From the NCBI GenBank assembly GCA_035257485.1, contig DATEWZ010000092.1, positions 4,399 to 68,398 of the forward strand: a stretch of 64,000 bases of DNA, in the 5' to 3' direction. The notes beneath the pieces are model-generated. The model saw only the letters and a list, made by a program, of their open reading frames with translations. It was not told where the DNA came from and searched no databases. This document shows, one piece after another, positions 35,552-46,252 of this stretch. Numbering within the stretch: position 1 is the stretch's first letter; every line of letters starts with the position of its first letter. The translations under genes and the position numbers were made by a program. The stretch comes from Chthoniobacterales bacterium. Its GTDB lineage: Bacteria > Verrucomicrobiota > Verrucomicrobiia > Chthoniobacterales > UBA10450.

Positions 35552-37366
35552 ATGTCTCGCATCCGCTTATTGCCCGAAACCGTGGCCAGCCAGGTCGCGG
35601 CCGGGGAAGTGATTGAGCGACCGGCGTCCGTCATCAAAGAGCTGGTCGAGAACAGCATCGACGCCGGCGCGCGCAAGATCGACATCTTCATTCGGCGCGG
35701 CGGTGTCTCCTACCTGCGGGTGATCGATGACGGTTGCGGCATGGATCGCGACGACGCGCTGCTCTCACTCGAGCGGCATGCCACGAGCAAGATCCGCTCG
35801 GTCGCGGATCTCGAATCGGTCGGAACGTTGGGTTTTCGGGGCGAAGCGTTGCCGAGCATCGCCAGCGTCTCGCGATTTCGCCTAACGACTCGCGAAGCGA
35901 ACGCGGTGGCCGGCACCGAAATCGTCGTCAACGGCGGCAAGATCGACATCGTGCGCGATGGCGGCGAAGCGCCGGGCACACAAGTGGAAGTACGCTCGCT
36001 TTTTTACAATGTGCCGGCGCGGCGAAAGTTCTTGCGCTCCGAAAATACCGAGAGCCGCAACATCGAACATCAACTTCATTTGCAGGCGATCGGGCACGCC
36101 AACGTCGCGTTTACCTTTGCGCGCGATGATCGCATTGTCTTCCAACTTCCGGCTACTGGAACGCTCACCGATCGTATTCGCGATCTTTACGGGAAGGATT
36201 TGCTCGACCAGTTGCTTTCGATCAATGGCGCCGACTCATCGCAAATCAAAATTAGCGGATTGATTGGGCAGGCGGGGCTGAGCCGCCAAACTCGCTCGCA
36301 GCAATTGGTCTTCGTGAACGGGCGCGCGATCGAAAGTCCAGTGATCACGGGCGCCATCCGCGAGGGTTATCACACCGCGCTCATGAAGGGGCAATACGCG
36401 GTCACATTTCTTTTTCTCGAGCTCGATCCCGGCACGGTGGACGTGAACGTGCATCCGGCGAAACGCGAAGTGCGCTTTCGGGATCCGAACGGAGTCCGCG
36501 AAGCAATCGTGCGCTCGATTCACGAAACATTGGCGGGCGGTCGTGCGGATTGGCAGGAGAAATTCCGCGCGCCGATTTCTGAATCTGGAGGGACACGCGC
36601 CGTCGTGTCCCAAAATGAAAAACTCGGCGGAAGCCCACCATGCGAATTGCCCCAATTCGAAACCGAATTCGGATTGCGCGGTGAGCGTTCAATCGAGAAA
36701 ATTGGAGGGACGACCTCCGTATCGTCCCAAAATTTTTCACCAACCGATGAATTCGTCGGACGGGACAGAGCCCGTCCCTCCAGTCAGCAGCAATTTCAGA
36801 TCATTGGCGTCCTCAACAAACTTTACGTGTTGATGGAAAACGCAGACGGTCTCGTCCTTGTCGATCAGCACGCCGCGCACGAGCGGATTTTGTTCGAAGA
36901 ACTGCGGCGTCGCATGGAAGAGCAGGGGGTCCCGTCGCAAAAACTTCTCATCTCGCAAACTTTTGAGCTCCCGCCGCGGGATGCCGATTGGATCGAACAG
37001 AACATATCGATCTTGCAGAAAATGGGAATCGGGATCGAAAACTTCGGGCCGAACACCTTCAAGATCGACAGTCTGCCCGGATTTCTCAACGTGACCGACG
37101 GCGCGCAGTTCATGCGCAAAGTGATCGATGATCTCAAGAGCGCGAGCGATCGCAGCTCGCCGCTTCGGCTCGGCGAGGACATGATCGCGAGCACGGTTTG
37201 CCGGCACGCAGTGAAAGCAAACGATCCGTTGCGTTATCTCGAAGTGGAAAAGCTGATCCAGGATCTGCTCGATTGCGAATTGCCTTACTGCTGCCCGCAC
37301 GGTCGGCCCACGATGATCCAGATCTCGCACGCCGAGCTGGAAAAGAAGTTCGGCCGCAAGGTTTGA
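35552..37366 (+). CDS. mutL: DNA mismatch repair protein MutL
   Basis: AAGEVIERPASVIKELVENSIDAG (GHKL ATPase) is present, and the C-terminal dimerisation domain carries CPHGRP. Confidence 0.95.
   Translation: MSRIRLLPETVASQVAAGEVIERPASVIKELVENSIDAGARKIDIFIRRGGVSYLRVIDDGCGMDRDDALLSLERHATSKIRSVADLESVGTLGFRGEALPSIASVSRFRLTTREANAVAGTEIVVNGGKIDIVRDGGEAPGTQVEVRSLFYNVPARRKFLRSENTESRNIEHQLHLQAIGHANVAFTFARDDRIVFQLPATGTLTDRIRDLYGKDLLDQLLSINGADSSQIKISGLIGQAGLSRQTRSQQLVFVNGRAIESPVITGAIREGYHTALMKGQYAVTFLFLELDPGTVDVNVHPAKREVRFRDPNGVREAIVRSIHETLAGGRADWQEKFRAPISESGGTRAVVSQNEKLGGSPPCELPQFETEFGLRGERSIEKIGGTTSVSSQNFSPTDEFVGRDRARPSSQQQFQIIGVLNKLYVLMENADGLVLVDQHAAHERILFEELRRRMEEQGVPSQKLLISQTFELPPRDADWIEQNISILQKMGIGIENFGPNTFKIDSLPGFLNVTDGAQFMRKVIDDLKSASDRSSPLRLGEDMIASTVCRHAVKANDPLRYLEVEKLIQDLLDCELPYCCPHGRPTMIQISHAELEKKFGRKV
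36586..36611 (+). repeat. GGAGGGAC hairpin element (solo half) in the mutL linker
   Basis: TGGAGGGACACGCGCCGTCGTGTCCC with an 8-bp stem GGGACACG/CGTGTCCC. 25/26 identical to 52937-52962. Confidence 0.85.
36703..36782 (+). repeat. 80-bp double-hairpin element with TGGAGGGACG / CGTCCCTCCA termini in the mutL linker
   Basis: The left half TGGAGGGACGACCTCCGTATCGTCCC and right half GGACGGGACAGAGCCCGTCCCTCCA each form a hairpin. 10-bp terminal inverted repeat. Confidence 0.8.
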
Positions 37367-37552
37367 TCGATGAAATTTCAGACGATCGACATTCTCGGAA
37401 CTGCAATTTGCTGTTTGTTTTTTATCTTTTGCGTGACGCGATCTTCGGCCGGCCGGCGGCGCCGCGCGCCGAGGAGGGCGTATAATTTGCTTCAGTTGAA
37501 GCCGCGCGCTTTCCCGGTAAAGTGCCGGGCTCATTCGGGCGCCTGATTTGAA

Positions 37553-38560
37553 ATGAAATCTGAAAAAATTGTGGTTTGCGGAGGAGGCGGATTCATAGGC
37601 GGTCACCTCGTGGCCGATCTCCTTCGCCAGGGTAAAAAAGTCCGCTCGGTCGATGTGAAACCGTTTTCGGAATGGTTTCAAATGTTTCCCGAGGCGGAAA
37701 ATTTGCAGCTTGATCTGCGCGAAAAGGAAGCGTCCGAGCGCGCAGTCGCTGATGTCGTTCTTGTCTACAATTTGGCCGCCGATATGGGCGGAATGGGTTT
37801 TATCGAGAACAACAAAGCGCTCTGCATGCTGACCGTTTTGATTAACACGCATTTGCTCATGGCCACGAAGGATGCCGGTGTGAAGCGATTTTTTTACGCG
37901 TCGTCCGCTTGCGCTTATGCGGCGGACAAACAAACCGATCCGAATGTCACCGCGCTCAAAGAAGAAGACGCGTATCCGGCAATGCCGGAAGATGGTTACG
38001 GTTGGGAAAAATTATTTTCCGAGCGCATGTGCCGGCATTTTCTCGAAGACTTTGGCCTGGCCACTCGGACGGCGCGTTTCCACAACGTTTACGGCCCGCA
38101 CGGGACTTTTGAGGGCGGTCGCGAAAAGGCGCCCGCCGCAATCTGCCGGAAGGTGATCGAGGCGAAACTTTCCGGAAAACACGAGATCGAAGTTTGGGGT
38201 GACGGGCATCAGACGCGCAGCTTCATGTGGATCGATGATTGCGTGAAAGGCACGCAAATGATCATGAACGGCGACTTTGCCGAGGCGCTAAACCTCGGCA
38301 GTAGCGAACTCGTTTCCATTAATCAACTGGTCGATATCGTGGAAGACATCGCCGGCGTGAAGTTGAAACGTCGCCACAATCTTTCGGCGCCGAAAGGCGT
38401 GAACGGCCGCAACAGTGACAACACGCTGATCAAAAAAGTTTTCGGTTGGGAGCCGTCCACCAAATTGCGCGACGGTTTGGAGCGCACCTATCGCTGGATT
38501 TATGATCAAATGGCGCCGCGTTCGGCGAAGCAGGCGGCAAAGGCGCAGGCCGTTCGCTGA
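37553..38560 (+). CDS. GDP-mannose 3,5-epimerase-like SDR
   Basis: Strong resemblance to plant-type GME: CGGGGFIG, NLAADMGGMGFI, FFYASSACAY, GWEKL, RFHNVYGPHGTFEGGREKAPAA. Confidence 0.85.
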   Translation: MKSEKIVVCGGGGFIGGHLVADLLRQGKKVRSVDVKPFSEWFQMFPEAENLQLDLREKEASERAVADVVLVYNLAADMGGMGFIENNKALCMLTVLINTHLLMATKDAGVKRFFYASSACAYAADKQTDPNVTALKEEDAYPAMPEDGYGWEKLFSERMCRHFLEDFGLATRTARFHNVYGPHGTFEGGREKAPAAICRKVIEAKLSGKHEIEVWGDGHQTRSFMWIDDCVKGTQMIMNGDFAEALNLGSSELVSINQLVDIVEDIAGVKLKRRHNLSAPKGVNGRNSDNTLIKKVFGWEPSTKLRDGLERTYRWIYDQMAPRSAKQAAKAQAVR

Positions 38561-38593
38561 GATTCCAAACCGCGATTTCCGGGCCGCGAGTTC

Positions 38594-38830
38594 ATGAATT
38601 CGATTAAATCCGTTTCGGTTTGCGGTCTCGGCAAGCTTGGCGCCTGCATGGCCGCCACCTTCGCCGCGCGCGGACTCAATGTTATCGGCGTCGATATCGA
38701 TCCGGAAAAAATCCGGAAGGTAAACGCGGGCGAGCCGCCGGTGGACGAACCGTCGCTCGCGGAAACGATCAAGGAAGGCGGCGAGCGCCTGCGCGCGACT
38801 GACGATCCGGCGGAAACGGTGAAGACGACT
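38594..38830 (+). pseudogene. N-terminal remnant of a UDP-glucose/GDP-mannose 6-dehydrogenase-family gene
   Basis: The first ~79 codons (VSVCGLGKLGACMAATFAARGLNVIGVDIDPEKIRKVNAGEPPVDEPSL...LRATDDPAETVKTT) match the NAD-binding N-terminus. Similarity ends where the convergent methyltransferase gene begins, and the rest of the 156-aa ORF is antisense read-through. Confidence 0.7.
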
Positions 38831-39576
38831 CAACTCCTGCTCACCCACTCAACGAGTCCGGTCCCGGACCAATGGCCGAATGAAGTGAGATCGAGTTTCG
38901 GCCGCGCGATGTCGTGCCAAGTCGCGAGCATGTTCCAGAATCGAATATCGTCGAGCACGAGGAAAAGCGGTTTTCGAAATGAAAGCGTTTCGAGTTGTCG
39001 CAGAAACTTTCGCTCGAAGATGCCGTCCTTCGGTCCATCGATGAACAGGAGCTCAGTTTCCTGAATCAGCGCGCGGTGTGATTCAAAGACTGCCGGCTGC
39101 GACAAATCCCCAATTTGCTGCCGCAAACGATCGTCGGCGAAATCCTCCGCGCGCAGAGAGGTGTCGGGAATTGAGTCCCATGGCACAAGGTCGAACGTTG
39201 TAATTTTTCCATCGATCGGCAGGAATTGTTTGAGGGCAAGCGCGGAGATCCCCCGAAAGGTTCCAATCTCGACGACGCGTTTCGGTTGCAGGATTTTCAC
39301 CAGCGCGGCGAGCAACCGATAATGCTCGCCCGGCCAGATCGGCGTGAAATCGGTGCTCGCTGCATCCACGCGACGGCTAACCTCAGGCAATTGGGTTTGC
39401 CACGCTTCCTTCGCCGCGCGCAACGCGAGATCGATCAAGTAATCGCTCGGTTTGCCGGTGGTATTCAGCGTGTCGTAAATCATTGAATACTCGCCGTAAC
39501 CCGGACGCGGATTGGGCAGCACGAATTTCACCGCGCGACGCTGAAACGAGCGAACTGCTTTGCGGACAAAGTTCAC
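38830..39576 (-). CDS. class I SAM-dependent methyltransferase
   Basis: VVEIGTFRGISALAL (motif I) followed by FIDGPKDG. Confidence 0.7.
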   Translation of the reverse strand: MNFVRKAVRSFQRRAVKFVLPNPRPGYGEYSMIYDTLNTTGKPSDYLIDLALRAAKEAWQTQLPEVSRRVDAASTDFTPIWPGEHYRLLAALVKILQPKRVVEIGTFRGISALALKQFLPIDGKITTFDLVPWDSIPDTSLRAEDFADDRLRQQIGDLSQPAVFESHRALIQETELLFIDGPKDGIFERKFLRQLETLSFRKPLFLVLDDIRFWNMLATWHDIARPKLDLTSFGHWSGTGLVEWVSRS

Positions 39577-39665
39577 AATCGACGGGTTGGTTTAGAATTT
39601 TGTGCAGGTCCGAGCAATCGATGTCGATTCAAAACCGGCATGGGGTATCCGATTTGCTCATATGA

Positions 39666-39701
39666 TTTCAGCGTTTCAGTTTTCAGCGTTTCCGCTTTCA
39701 T
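39666..39701. repeat. TTTCAG-word array (period 7-8) immediately upstream of gmd
   Basis: TTTCAGCG TTTCAGT TTTCAGCG TTTCCGC TTTCAT. It contains the 13-nt TTTTCAGCGTTTC (39680-39692), which is perfectly complementary to 40671-40683. Confidence 0.85.
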
Positions 39702-39707
39702 TAACAT

Positions 39708-41106
<1,399 letters not shown>

Positions 41107-41113
41107 AAACGGG

Positions 41114-41139
41114 AAAACTGACAACTGAAAGCTGAAATC
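41114..41139. repeat. CTGAAA-word array between glnB and four-helix-bundle gene 2
   Basis: GAAAACTGACAACTGAAAGCTGAAATC. It contains the complements of 40725-40737 and of 41621-41635. Confidence 0.85.
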
Positions 41140-41207
41140 TAAAATACAGAAGTCTGGCATTTGTCATCGACGCCAGCTACGCTCGGTGCCGAGTTTGAGT
41201 TCCCCCA

Positions 41208-41576
41208 ATGAGTCGAGTTTCAGGAGAGTTGCGCAGACGGACGAGAGACTATGCTTCATTGATCGTTCGGCCGTTCGTTGCTCTGCCAAAGCAGCGACCT
41301 GAAGCGCAAGTTCTCGGCAGACAGTTGTTGCGCTCCGGCACGTCTGTCGTCGCAAATTTTCGTGAAGCATCGCGCGCCCGAACAACCTCCGAATTCATTT
41401 CAAAGTTGGAGGTTTGCATTCAGGAAGCGGATGAAACCGATCTTTGGTTAGAACTCCTGCGCGACGACTGCGCTATCAGGGACAAAAAGATTGAGGACCT
41501 TCTAATCGAAAGGAACGAGCTGATTTCGATATTCGTTACAATGGCAAAGCGAAGCAAGAGAAGCTTGGAAGCCTAA
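41208..41576 (+). CDS. four-helix-bundle protein (23S rRNA IVS-protein / Avd-like family), second copy
   Basis: LGRQLLRSGTSVVANFREASRARTTSEFISKLEVCIQEADETDLWLELL is the family pattern. Confidence 0.8.
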   Translation: MSRVSGELRRRTRDYASLIVRPFVALPKQRPEAQVLGRQLLRSGTSVVANFREASRARTTSEFISKLEVCIQEADETDLWLELLRDDCAIRDKKIEDLLIERNELISIFVTMAKRSKRSLEA

Positions 41577-41580
41577 TTTC

Positions 41581-41655
41581 CGTTTTCAGATTTCCGTGTT
41601 TCAGCTGTCCGCTTTCACCCTTTCAGCTTTCAGTTTTCCGCGTTTCAGTTTTCTA
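41581..41655. repeat. TTTCAG/TTTCCG-word array downstream of four-helix-bundle gene 2
   Basis: CGTTTTCAGATTTCCGTGTTTCAGCTGTCCGCTTTCACCCTTTCAGCTTTCAGTTTTCCGCGTTTCAGTTTTC. Confidence 0.85.
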
Positions 41656-42324
41656 GGCGCAGTCCAGTAAAAGATTCGGCAATCCTTTGTGTTTCCCCCA
41701 ATAGAGTCTTCGCAAGAGCCAGCTGATTTGGCCTAACAAATTTCTGCGGCGACCATCGAAGGCTTTCCAGGTGGCGCGTTGAAATCCCTGACTCTGCGCC
41801 ATCGCGACGAGCAATTTGCCGGGATACAGCCGGCGATGGGTCAGATCCATCCAGAAGTTGTGACCGAGCGCGCCAAGATCTTCGGGATTGTTGGTGATGA
41901 ACCGGCAGCGAACGTTCGGGGCGCAGTTTTCCTTCACGCGCCGGAATAGTTCGAACAACTGCGCCGGCTCGAGATGCTCGAGGAGATGACAGCAATAAAC
42001 TCCGTCGCATTGGCGGGCGATCGCGCGCATCTCCTTCCGCCGCACAAATTGGAAGATGTCGATCTTGAGATACTCAACGCCAAACTTTTCGCCGGCGGCG
42101 ATCGATTCGGCGTGGCTTTCAACACCGATCCCAGCGATTCCATTTTCCTTGAGCGCACGCAAAAAAAATCCGCGGCCCGCGCCGAGATCGAGAACTTTCG
42201 AGCAACCGGCAAAGTAGGAAACGTGTCGGCGATGAAATTCGAGCATCTCATCGTCCGAAGAACTGAATTGATACGGATTGAAGCCGTAAGTTTCGAAAAG
42301 GTCCGATTCAGGCGAGTGAAGCAT
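41653..42324 (-). CDS. class I SAM-dependent methyltransferase
   Basis: VLDLGAGRGFFLRAL (motif I) and DGVYCCHLLEHL (motif II-like). Confidence 0.8.
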   Translation of the reverse strand: MLHSPESDLFETYGFNPYQFSSSDDEMLEFHRRHVSYFAGCSKVLDLGAGRGFFLRALKENGIAGIGVESHAESIAAGEKFGVEYLKIDIFQFVRRKEMRAIARQCDGVYCCHLLEHLEPAQLFELFRRVKENCAPNVRCRFITNNPEDLGALGHNFWMDLTHRRLYPGKLLVAMAQSQGFQRATWKAFDGRRRNLLGQISWLLRRLYWGKHKGLPNLLLDCA

Positions 42325-42329
42325 TGGCT

Positions 42330-43691
42330 TTACGATGAGAAAGCGGTGACTTGATCGGCTTCAACTGGCGATACATTCGCAGCCGACGGTTTGATCGCGG
42401 CCTGGTGTTTTCGATAAAGCGTGACCGGCATGATCCAGGAAACGGTGCAGAGATAGGCAACGATCAGCGCCGCTGGAATTCCCAGTGGACCGAATTGACG
42501 GACAAAAACGATTTGGAGCGCGACCGCGATCGCCGCTTCGATCGGGACCGCGATTAGAAAAATTTTCATCGCGCTGATGCTTTGCAAAATCATTCCGAAG
42601 GTATCGGTCCAAACCCGGATGACGAAATAAACGCCGAAGAGCGAGATCAAGCCAAGGCCTAACGAGACTGGCGTTTTCGGGGAGAGGAGCTGCAAAATTT
42701 GCGGACGCAGGAACGCGATCAACAAAGTGGAAAGGACGATCAGGATCGCGCCAAGCGAAATGTAGCGGCGCAGATATCCGCCGATCTCGTGCCACTGATT
42801 GCGCGCGATCGCTTCGGCGCAACTCGGCCAAAGCGCGGCCAGAAGCGCGGCATAGATGAAAAAGATGCTCGTGAAAATCATGCTCGCTATGTTGTAGGAA
42901 ACAATGTCGCTCCCGCGCAAGGTTTGCGACATCACGATGTAATCGATCTTGAGCGTGATCGCGGCCAGCACGGCGAAGAGCCAATGGCCACGTCCACGTC
43001 GAAGAATGAGCTTGATGTTACGCCAAAGCGTTTCGAACCGTTGTCCCGCGATTGACGGCACCAATGTCGAGGCCGCGATCAGCATCAGAATCGCCGGCGG
43101 CGCAAAAAAAGCGACGCAGCTCCAATAAAGTTTGTTCGAGACTGTGCTCGCGGCGACAAATTTGATGAGAACGAATCCGATCACCGGTCCAATCGCCGGC
43201 GCGACGTTGGCGAGGAACCCGAGTTGGCGCGCGTACCAAACCTTGTTCACGAAACCAGCGAGCGCGACCACGCTGCTGAAAAGTCCGACGACGAGGAAGA
43301 GATCGCGTTTCTGCGCGGACGAAAGATCGACATATTGCGCGAAAAGAAAATTCGCGATCGGCGTTGCGACCAGGAGCAGGAACAGGACGGCAAAAACAAG
43401 AAGCGCGAGCGAGAGAAACGCTCCGGCGGCGATGAAATCGGAATACGGCTCGCCTTTTGCGCGTCGCTCAGAAATGTAATTTTGCGCGGCGAATCCGCCG
43501 CCGAGATCGAACAAGAGAAACCACGCGGTCAATCCGCTGAGAATTGCGAACACGCTGTATTGTTCGGTGCCGAGCGTTTGAAGAAGAATCCGGATCGCGG
43601 CCAGCGAAACGATCGCGACGAGCGCGCGACTGATCCAGGCGCTGATCGCAACCCAAACGTGACGCGGGATTGATTGCGTCAGGTTTTGCAT
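42330..43691 (-). CDS. polysaccharide/oligosaccharide flippase (Wzx-like, MOP superfamily)
   Basis: 453 aa with about 12-14 TM helices. It sits adjacent to sugar-nucleotide and methyltransferase genes. Confidence 0.75.
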   Translation of the reverse strand: MQNLTQSIPRHVWVAISAWISRALVAIVSLAAIRILLQTLGTEQYSVFAILSGLTAWFLLFDLGGGFAAQNYISERRAKGEPYSDFIAAGAFLSLALLVFAVLFLLLVATPIANFLFAQYVDLSSAQKRDLFLVVGLFSSVVALAGFVNKVWYARQLGFLANVAPAIGPVIGFVLIKFVAASTVSNKLYWSCVAFFAPPAILMLIAASTLVPSIAGQRFETLWRNIKLILRRGRGHWLFAVLAAITLKIDYIVMSQTLRGSDIVSYNIASMIFTSIFFIYAALLAALWPSCAEAIARNQWHEIGGYLRRYISLGAILIVLSTLLIAFLRPQILQLLSPKTPVSLGLGLISLFGVYFVIRVWTDTFGMILQSISAMKIFLIAVPIEAAIAVALQIVFVRQFGPLGIPAALIVAYLCTVSWIMPVTLYRKHQAAIKPSAANVSPVEADQVTAFSS

Positions 43692-43797
43692 GACGAGCGA
43701 ATGGCGGCGTTCATCGAGTTGAGGGTTGAGAAGTTCTCTTTAAGAGGTCACACTGGCAAATCCGCAAAACCGACGCGCGGTTTAACTGCTCCACTAC

Positions 43798-44667
43798 ATG
43801 AATGATTTCTTATTGTCGATCTTGCTCGGCATCGTCGAAGGCCTGACTGAATTTTTGCCGGTGAGCTCGACGGGGCATCTCCGCATCGTCGAAGCACTCT
43901 TCAACCTCAATCTCCACGACAGCTTCTGGAAAATGTACACGATCGTGATCCAGCTCGGCGCGATCCTCGCCTTGCCGGTTTATTTTTGGAACCGGATCCT
44001 GAAATTTCTCGGAACGTTTCCAAAGGGCGAGCGCGGCGACCGCAATTTTCTCACGCACCCGCTCAGCTTGACGATGGTCGCGTTCGTCGTGACCGCGGTG
44101 CCATCGTGGGCGTTGACGAAAGTGATCGGGAAAAATTTGGAGAGCTTGTGGGTGATTAGTCTCGCGCTGCTCATCGGCGGCATTGTGATGTGGATTGTCG
44201 ATGCAATGTTCACGCGACCGCGCGTGACGCACATGGAAGAAATGAGCCTGCCGCAAGCGGTCTGGATCGGCGCCTGCCAGATTTTGTCCGCGGTTTTTCC
44301 CGGAACGTCGCGCTCGATGAGCACGATCGCGGCCGGACAAATCGCCGGACTGTCACGGCCGGCCGCGCTCGAGTTTTCGTTTTTCCTTTCGATGCCGACG
44401 ATGGCGGTCGCGGTTTTGTACGATCTCTACAAAACGCTCAAGCCGAGTCACGACGCGGCAAGTGAAGGCAATCTCGCTCCACTCGCGATGGACTCGCATG
44501 GCTGGCTCATTCTCGCGATCGGGTTCGTCGTTTCATTCATCGTTGCGTGGGCGGTGGTGGCGTGGTTCATGAACTGGGTCCGGTCGCGCGGATTTACACC
44601 GTTCGCAATTTATCGGATCGTGCTCGGGCTCGTGCTGATCGTATTCCTGATGCGCGGTTCGCCTTAA
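43798..44667 (+). CDS. uppP: undecaprenyl-diphosphate phosphatase
   Basis: GIVEGLTEFLPVSSTGHL and PGTSRS motifs. Confidence 0.95.
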   Translation: MNDFLLSILLGIVEGLTEFLPVSSTGHLRIVEALFNLNLHDSFWKMYTIVIQLGAILALPVYFWNRILKFLGTFPKGERGDRNFLTHPLSLTMVAFVVTAVPSWALTKVIGKNLESLWVISLALLIGGIVMWIVDAMFTRPRVTHMEEMSLPQAVWIGACQILSAVFPGTSRSMSTIAAGQIAGLSRPAALEFSFFLSMPTMAVAVLYDLYKTLKPSHDAASEGNLAPLAMDSHGWLILAIGFVVSFIVAWAVVAWFMNWVRSRGFTPFAIYRIVLGLVLIVFLMRGSP

Positions 44668-44676
44668 TCGACAATC

Positions 44677-45081
44677 ATGGAGCCGACGGAATCAATTTTG
44701 CCCGACTTGCAAAGCTGCGTGCTGTGCGAAGACGTGCGTTGCGAATTCAACGGCATGAACACGCTCGTTGGCGTGTTGAATGTCATCGCCGCGCCATCGC
44801 TGCCGATTAATTATCTGCGGCTTTGCATTTGGACGCGCTGGTGCAGCGGCACGGGAAAGTTCAAACAACGCTCGCGGATCGTTGGCGTGGATGAACAAAA
44901 TGTTTTGGCGCAGGCCGAGGTGGAATTTGTGCTCAAGGAGATGGAAGGGCACGCGACCAACGTGCATTACTTTGGCGGCGTTCAGTTCCAGCAATTCGGG
45001 CTGCATCATGTGGAAATTTATTTGCAGGACGAACTTCGGCTGCGCTTTCCGCTTCCGGTCGTCCGCATTCAACGTAAGTAG
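44677..45081 (+). CDS. hypothetical cytoplasmic protein
   Basis: 134-aa ORF with good coding composition. No family confidently recognised. Confidence 0.55.
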   Translation: MEPTESILPDLQSCVLCEDVRCEFNGMNTLVGVLNVIAAPSLPINYLRLCIWTRWCSGTGKFKQRSRIVGVDEQNVLAQAEVEFVLKEMEGHATNVHYFGGVQFQQFGLHHVEIYLQDELRLRFPLPVVRIQRK

Positions 45082-45117
45082 CTTAGCCGCCAACTTCTGT
45101 TAATAACTGCTTGCCAC

Positions 45118-46215
45118 GTGCGCGCCGATTCGGTTATCAAGGACGCGCACATGGGCCCAAAGGTCGCCATTTGTACTTTGTCTTGTGCAGTCGTCGCGAC
45201 GACCTACGGGCAACAAGTGGAGGTTCCGCGCGAAAAGGCCGGCGCCGTTGTCTACGTAAAACGCGCCGCCGCGCAGCCAATGGTTGAAGGTCGATCTCAA
45301 ACCGTTTCCTTCACCGAAACCCCAAGCGTGGTCGCGCCGAGACTCAGTGTTGAGGACATGCGAAAAGCCGGCGCGATGGCCGCGCGAAGAGTTCAGGAAG
45401 AAGAGCACGATCTCGACACTGATTCCGATCCAGATCCTGCTCCTCCGCCGTCCGCGCCGAAAAAGCGGGTCGCCGCGAATGCAGTTCGACCAGTTGAAAA
45501 AGTGCCACGCGCAAGCGAACCGCCGCCGCCCGCGGCGACAATCACTTTCACGTCACAAACCGCGTTTACGAGATTGGCCGACGGTTTCGATTTTCCGGTC
45601 GGCAAAGGCGAAGCGCGTGGTTACTACAAAGCGCGCGGGTATCGAGCGCACGGGCATATGGGTGAAGATTGGGACGGAGTTGGCGGCGGCGATACCGATC
45701 TGGGCGATCCGGTTTACGTCATTGGCGATGGCGTTGTTGTTTTCGCACGCGATTGCCACCAAGGCTGGGGGAACGTGATCATTGTCCGACACGCCTACCG
45801 CGAAAGCGGAAGCGTGCGCACGGTCGATTCGCTCTACGGGCATCTCGGCAACATCCTGGTCCATCGCGGACAAACGGTCCGGCGCGATCAGCAGATCGCG
45901 ACGATCGGCAACGCGCATGGTCTTTACGACGCGCATTTGCATCTCGAAGTGCGCAAGAACATCGCGATCGGGATGAGCCGGAATAAGTTCGCGCAGGACT
46001 CTAGCAATTATTATGATCCGTCCGATTTTATCGCGTCACATCGACATCTCCAAACGAGCGGCGCGAGCACGCGCGTAGCGATGAACACATTCACCTACGA
46101 TGCGAAGATCAACTGGGACAAGCTCCGGAATTATTCGCATGCGCGCACCGGCGGCGGCTCCAGTGAATCCGCTTATGCGCTAAAGAAAGCGCTCGCGACC
46201 CAAAACGCGCAGTAA
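45118..46215 (+). CDS. M23-family metallopeptidase (secreted)
   Basis: HGHMGEDW and NAHGLYDAHLHLEV (HxxxD / HxH motifs). The start may instead be ATG 45151 (MGPKVAICTLSCAVVATTYG signal). Confidence 0.85.
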   Translation: MRADSVIKDAHMGPKVAICTLSCAVVATTYGQQVEVPREKAGAVVYVKRAAAQPMVEGRSQTVSFTETPSVVAPRLSVEDMRKAGAMAARRVQEEEHDLDTDSDPDPAPPPSAPKKRVAANAVRPVEKVPRASEPPPPAATITFTSQTAFTRLADGFDFPVGKGEARGYYKARGYRAHGHMGEDWDGVGGGDTDLGDPVYVIGDGVVVFARDCHQGWGNVIIVRHAYRESGSVRTVDSLYGHLGNILVHRGQTVRRDQQIATIGNAHGLYDAHLHLEVRKNIAIGMSRNKFAQDSSNYYDPSDFIASHRHLQTSGASTRVAMNTFTYDAKINWDKLRNYSHARTGGGSSESAYALKKALATQNAQ

Positions 46216-46252
46216 CGCGTCTGCGGTCGCGGTTCGTTCTGCTTTCGAACGT

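Noticed and set aside
36737-37933. 398-aa ORF spanning the mutL 3' end and the epimerase 5' end on the minus strand
   Set aside because: It overlaps two well-supported plus-strand genes and the intergenic region between them. It has no recognisable domains and a junk-like composition.
38831-39064. Remainder of the 156-aa ORF 38594-39064
   Set aside because: Beyond codon ~79 the sequence loses all dehydrogenase similarity and simply runs antisense through the methyltransferase gene. Only the 5' part is reported, as a remnant.
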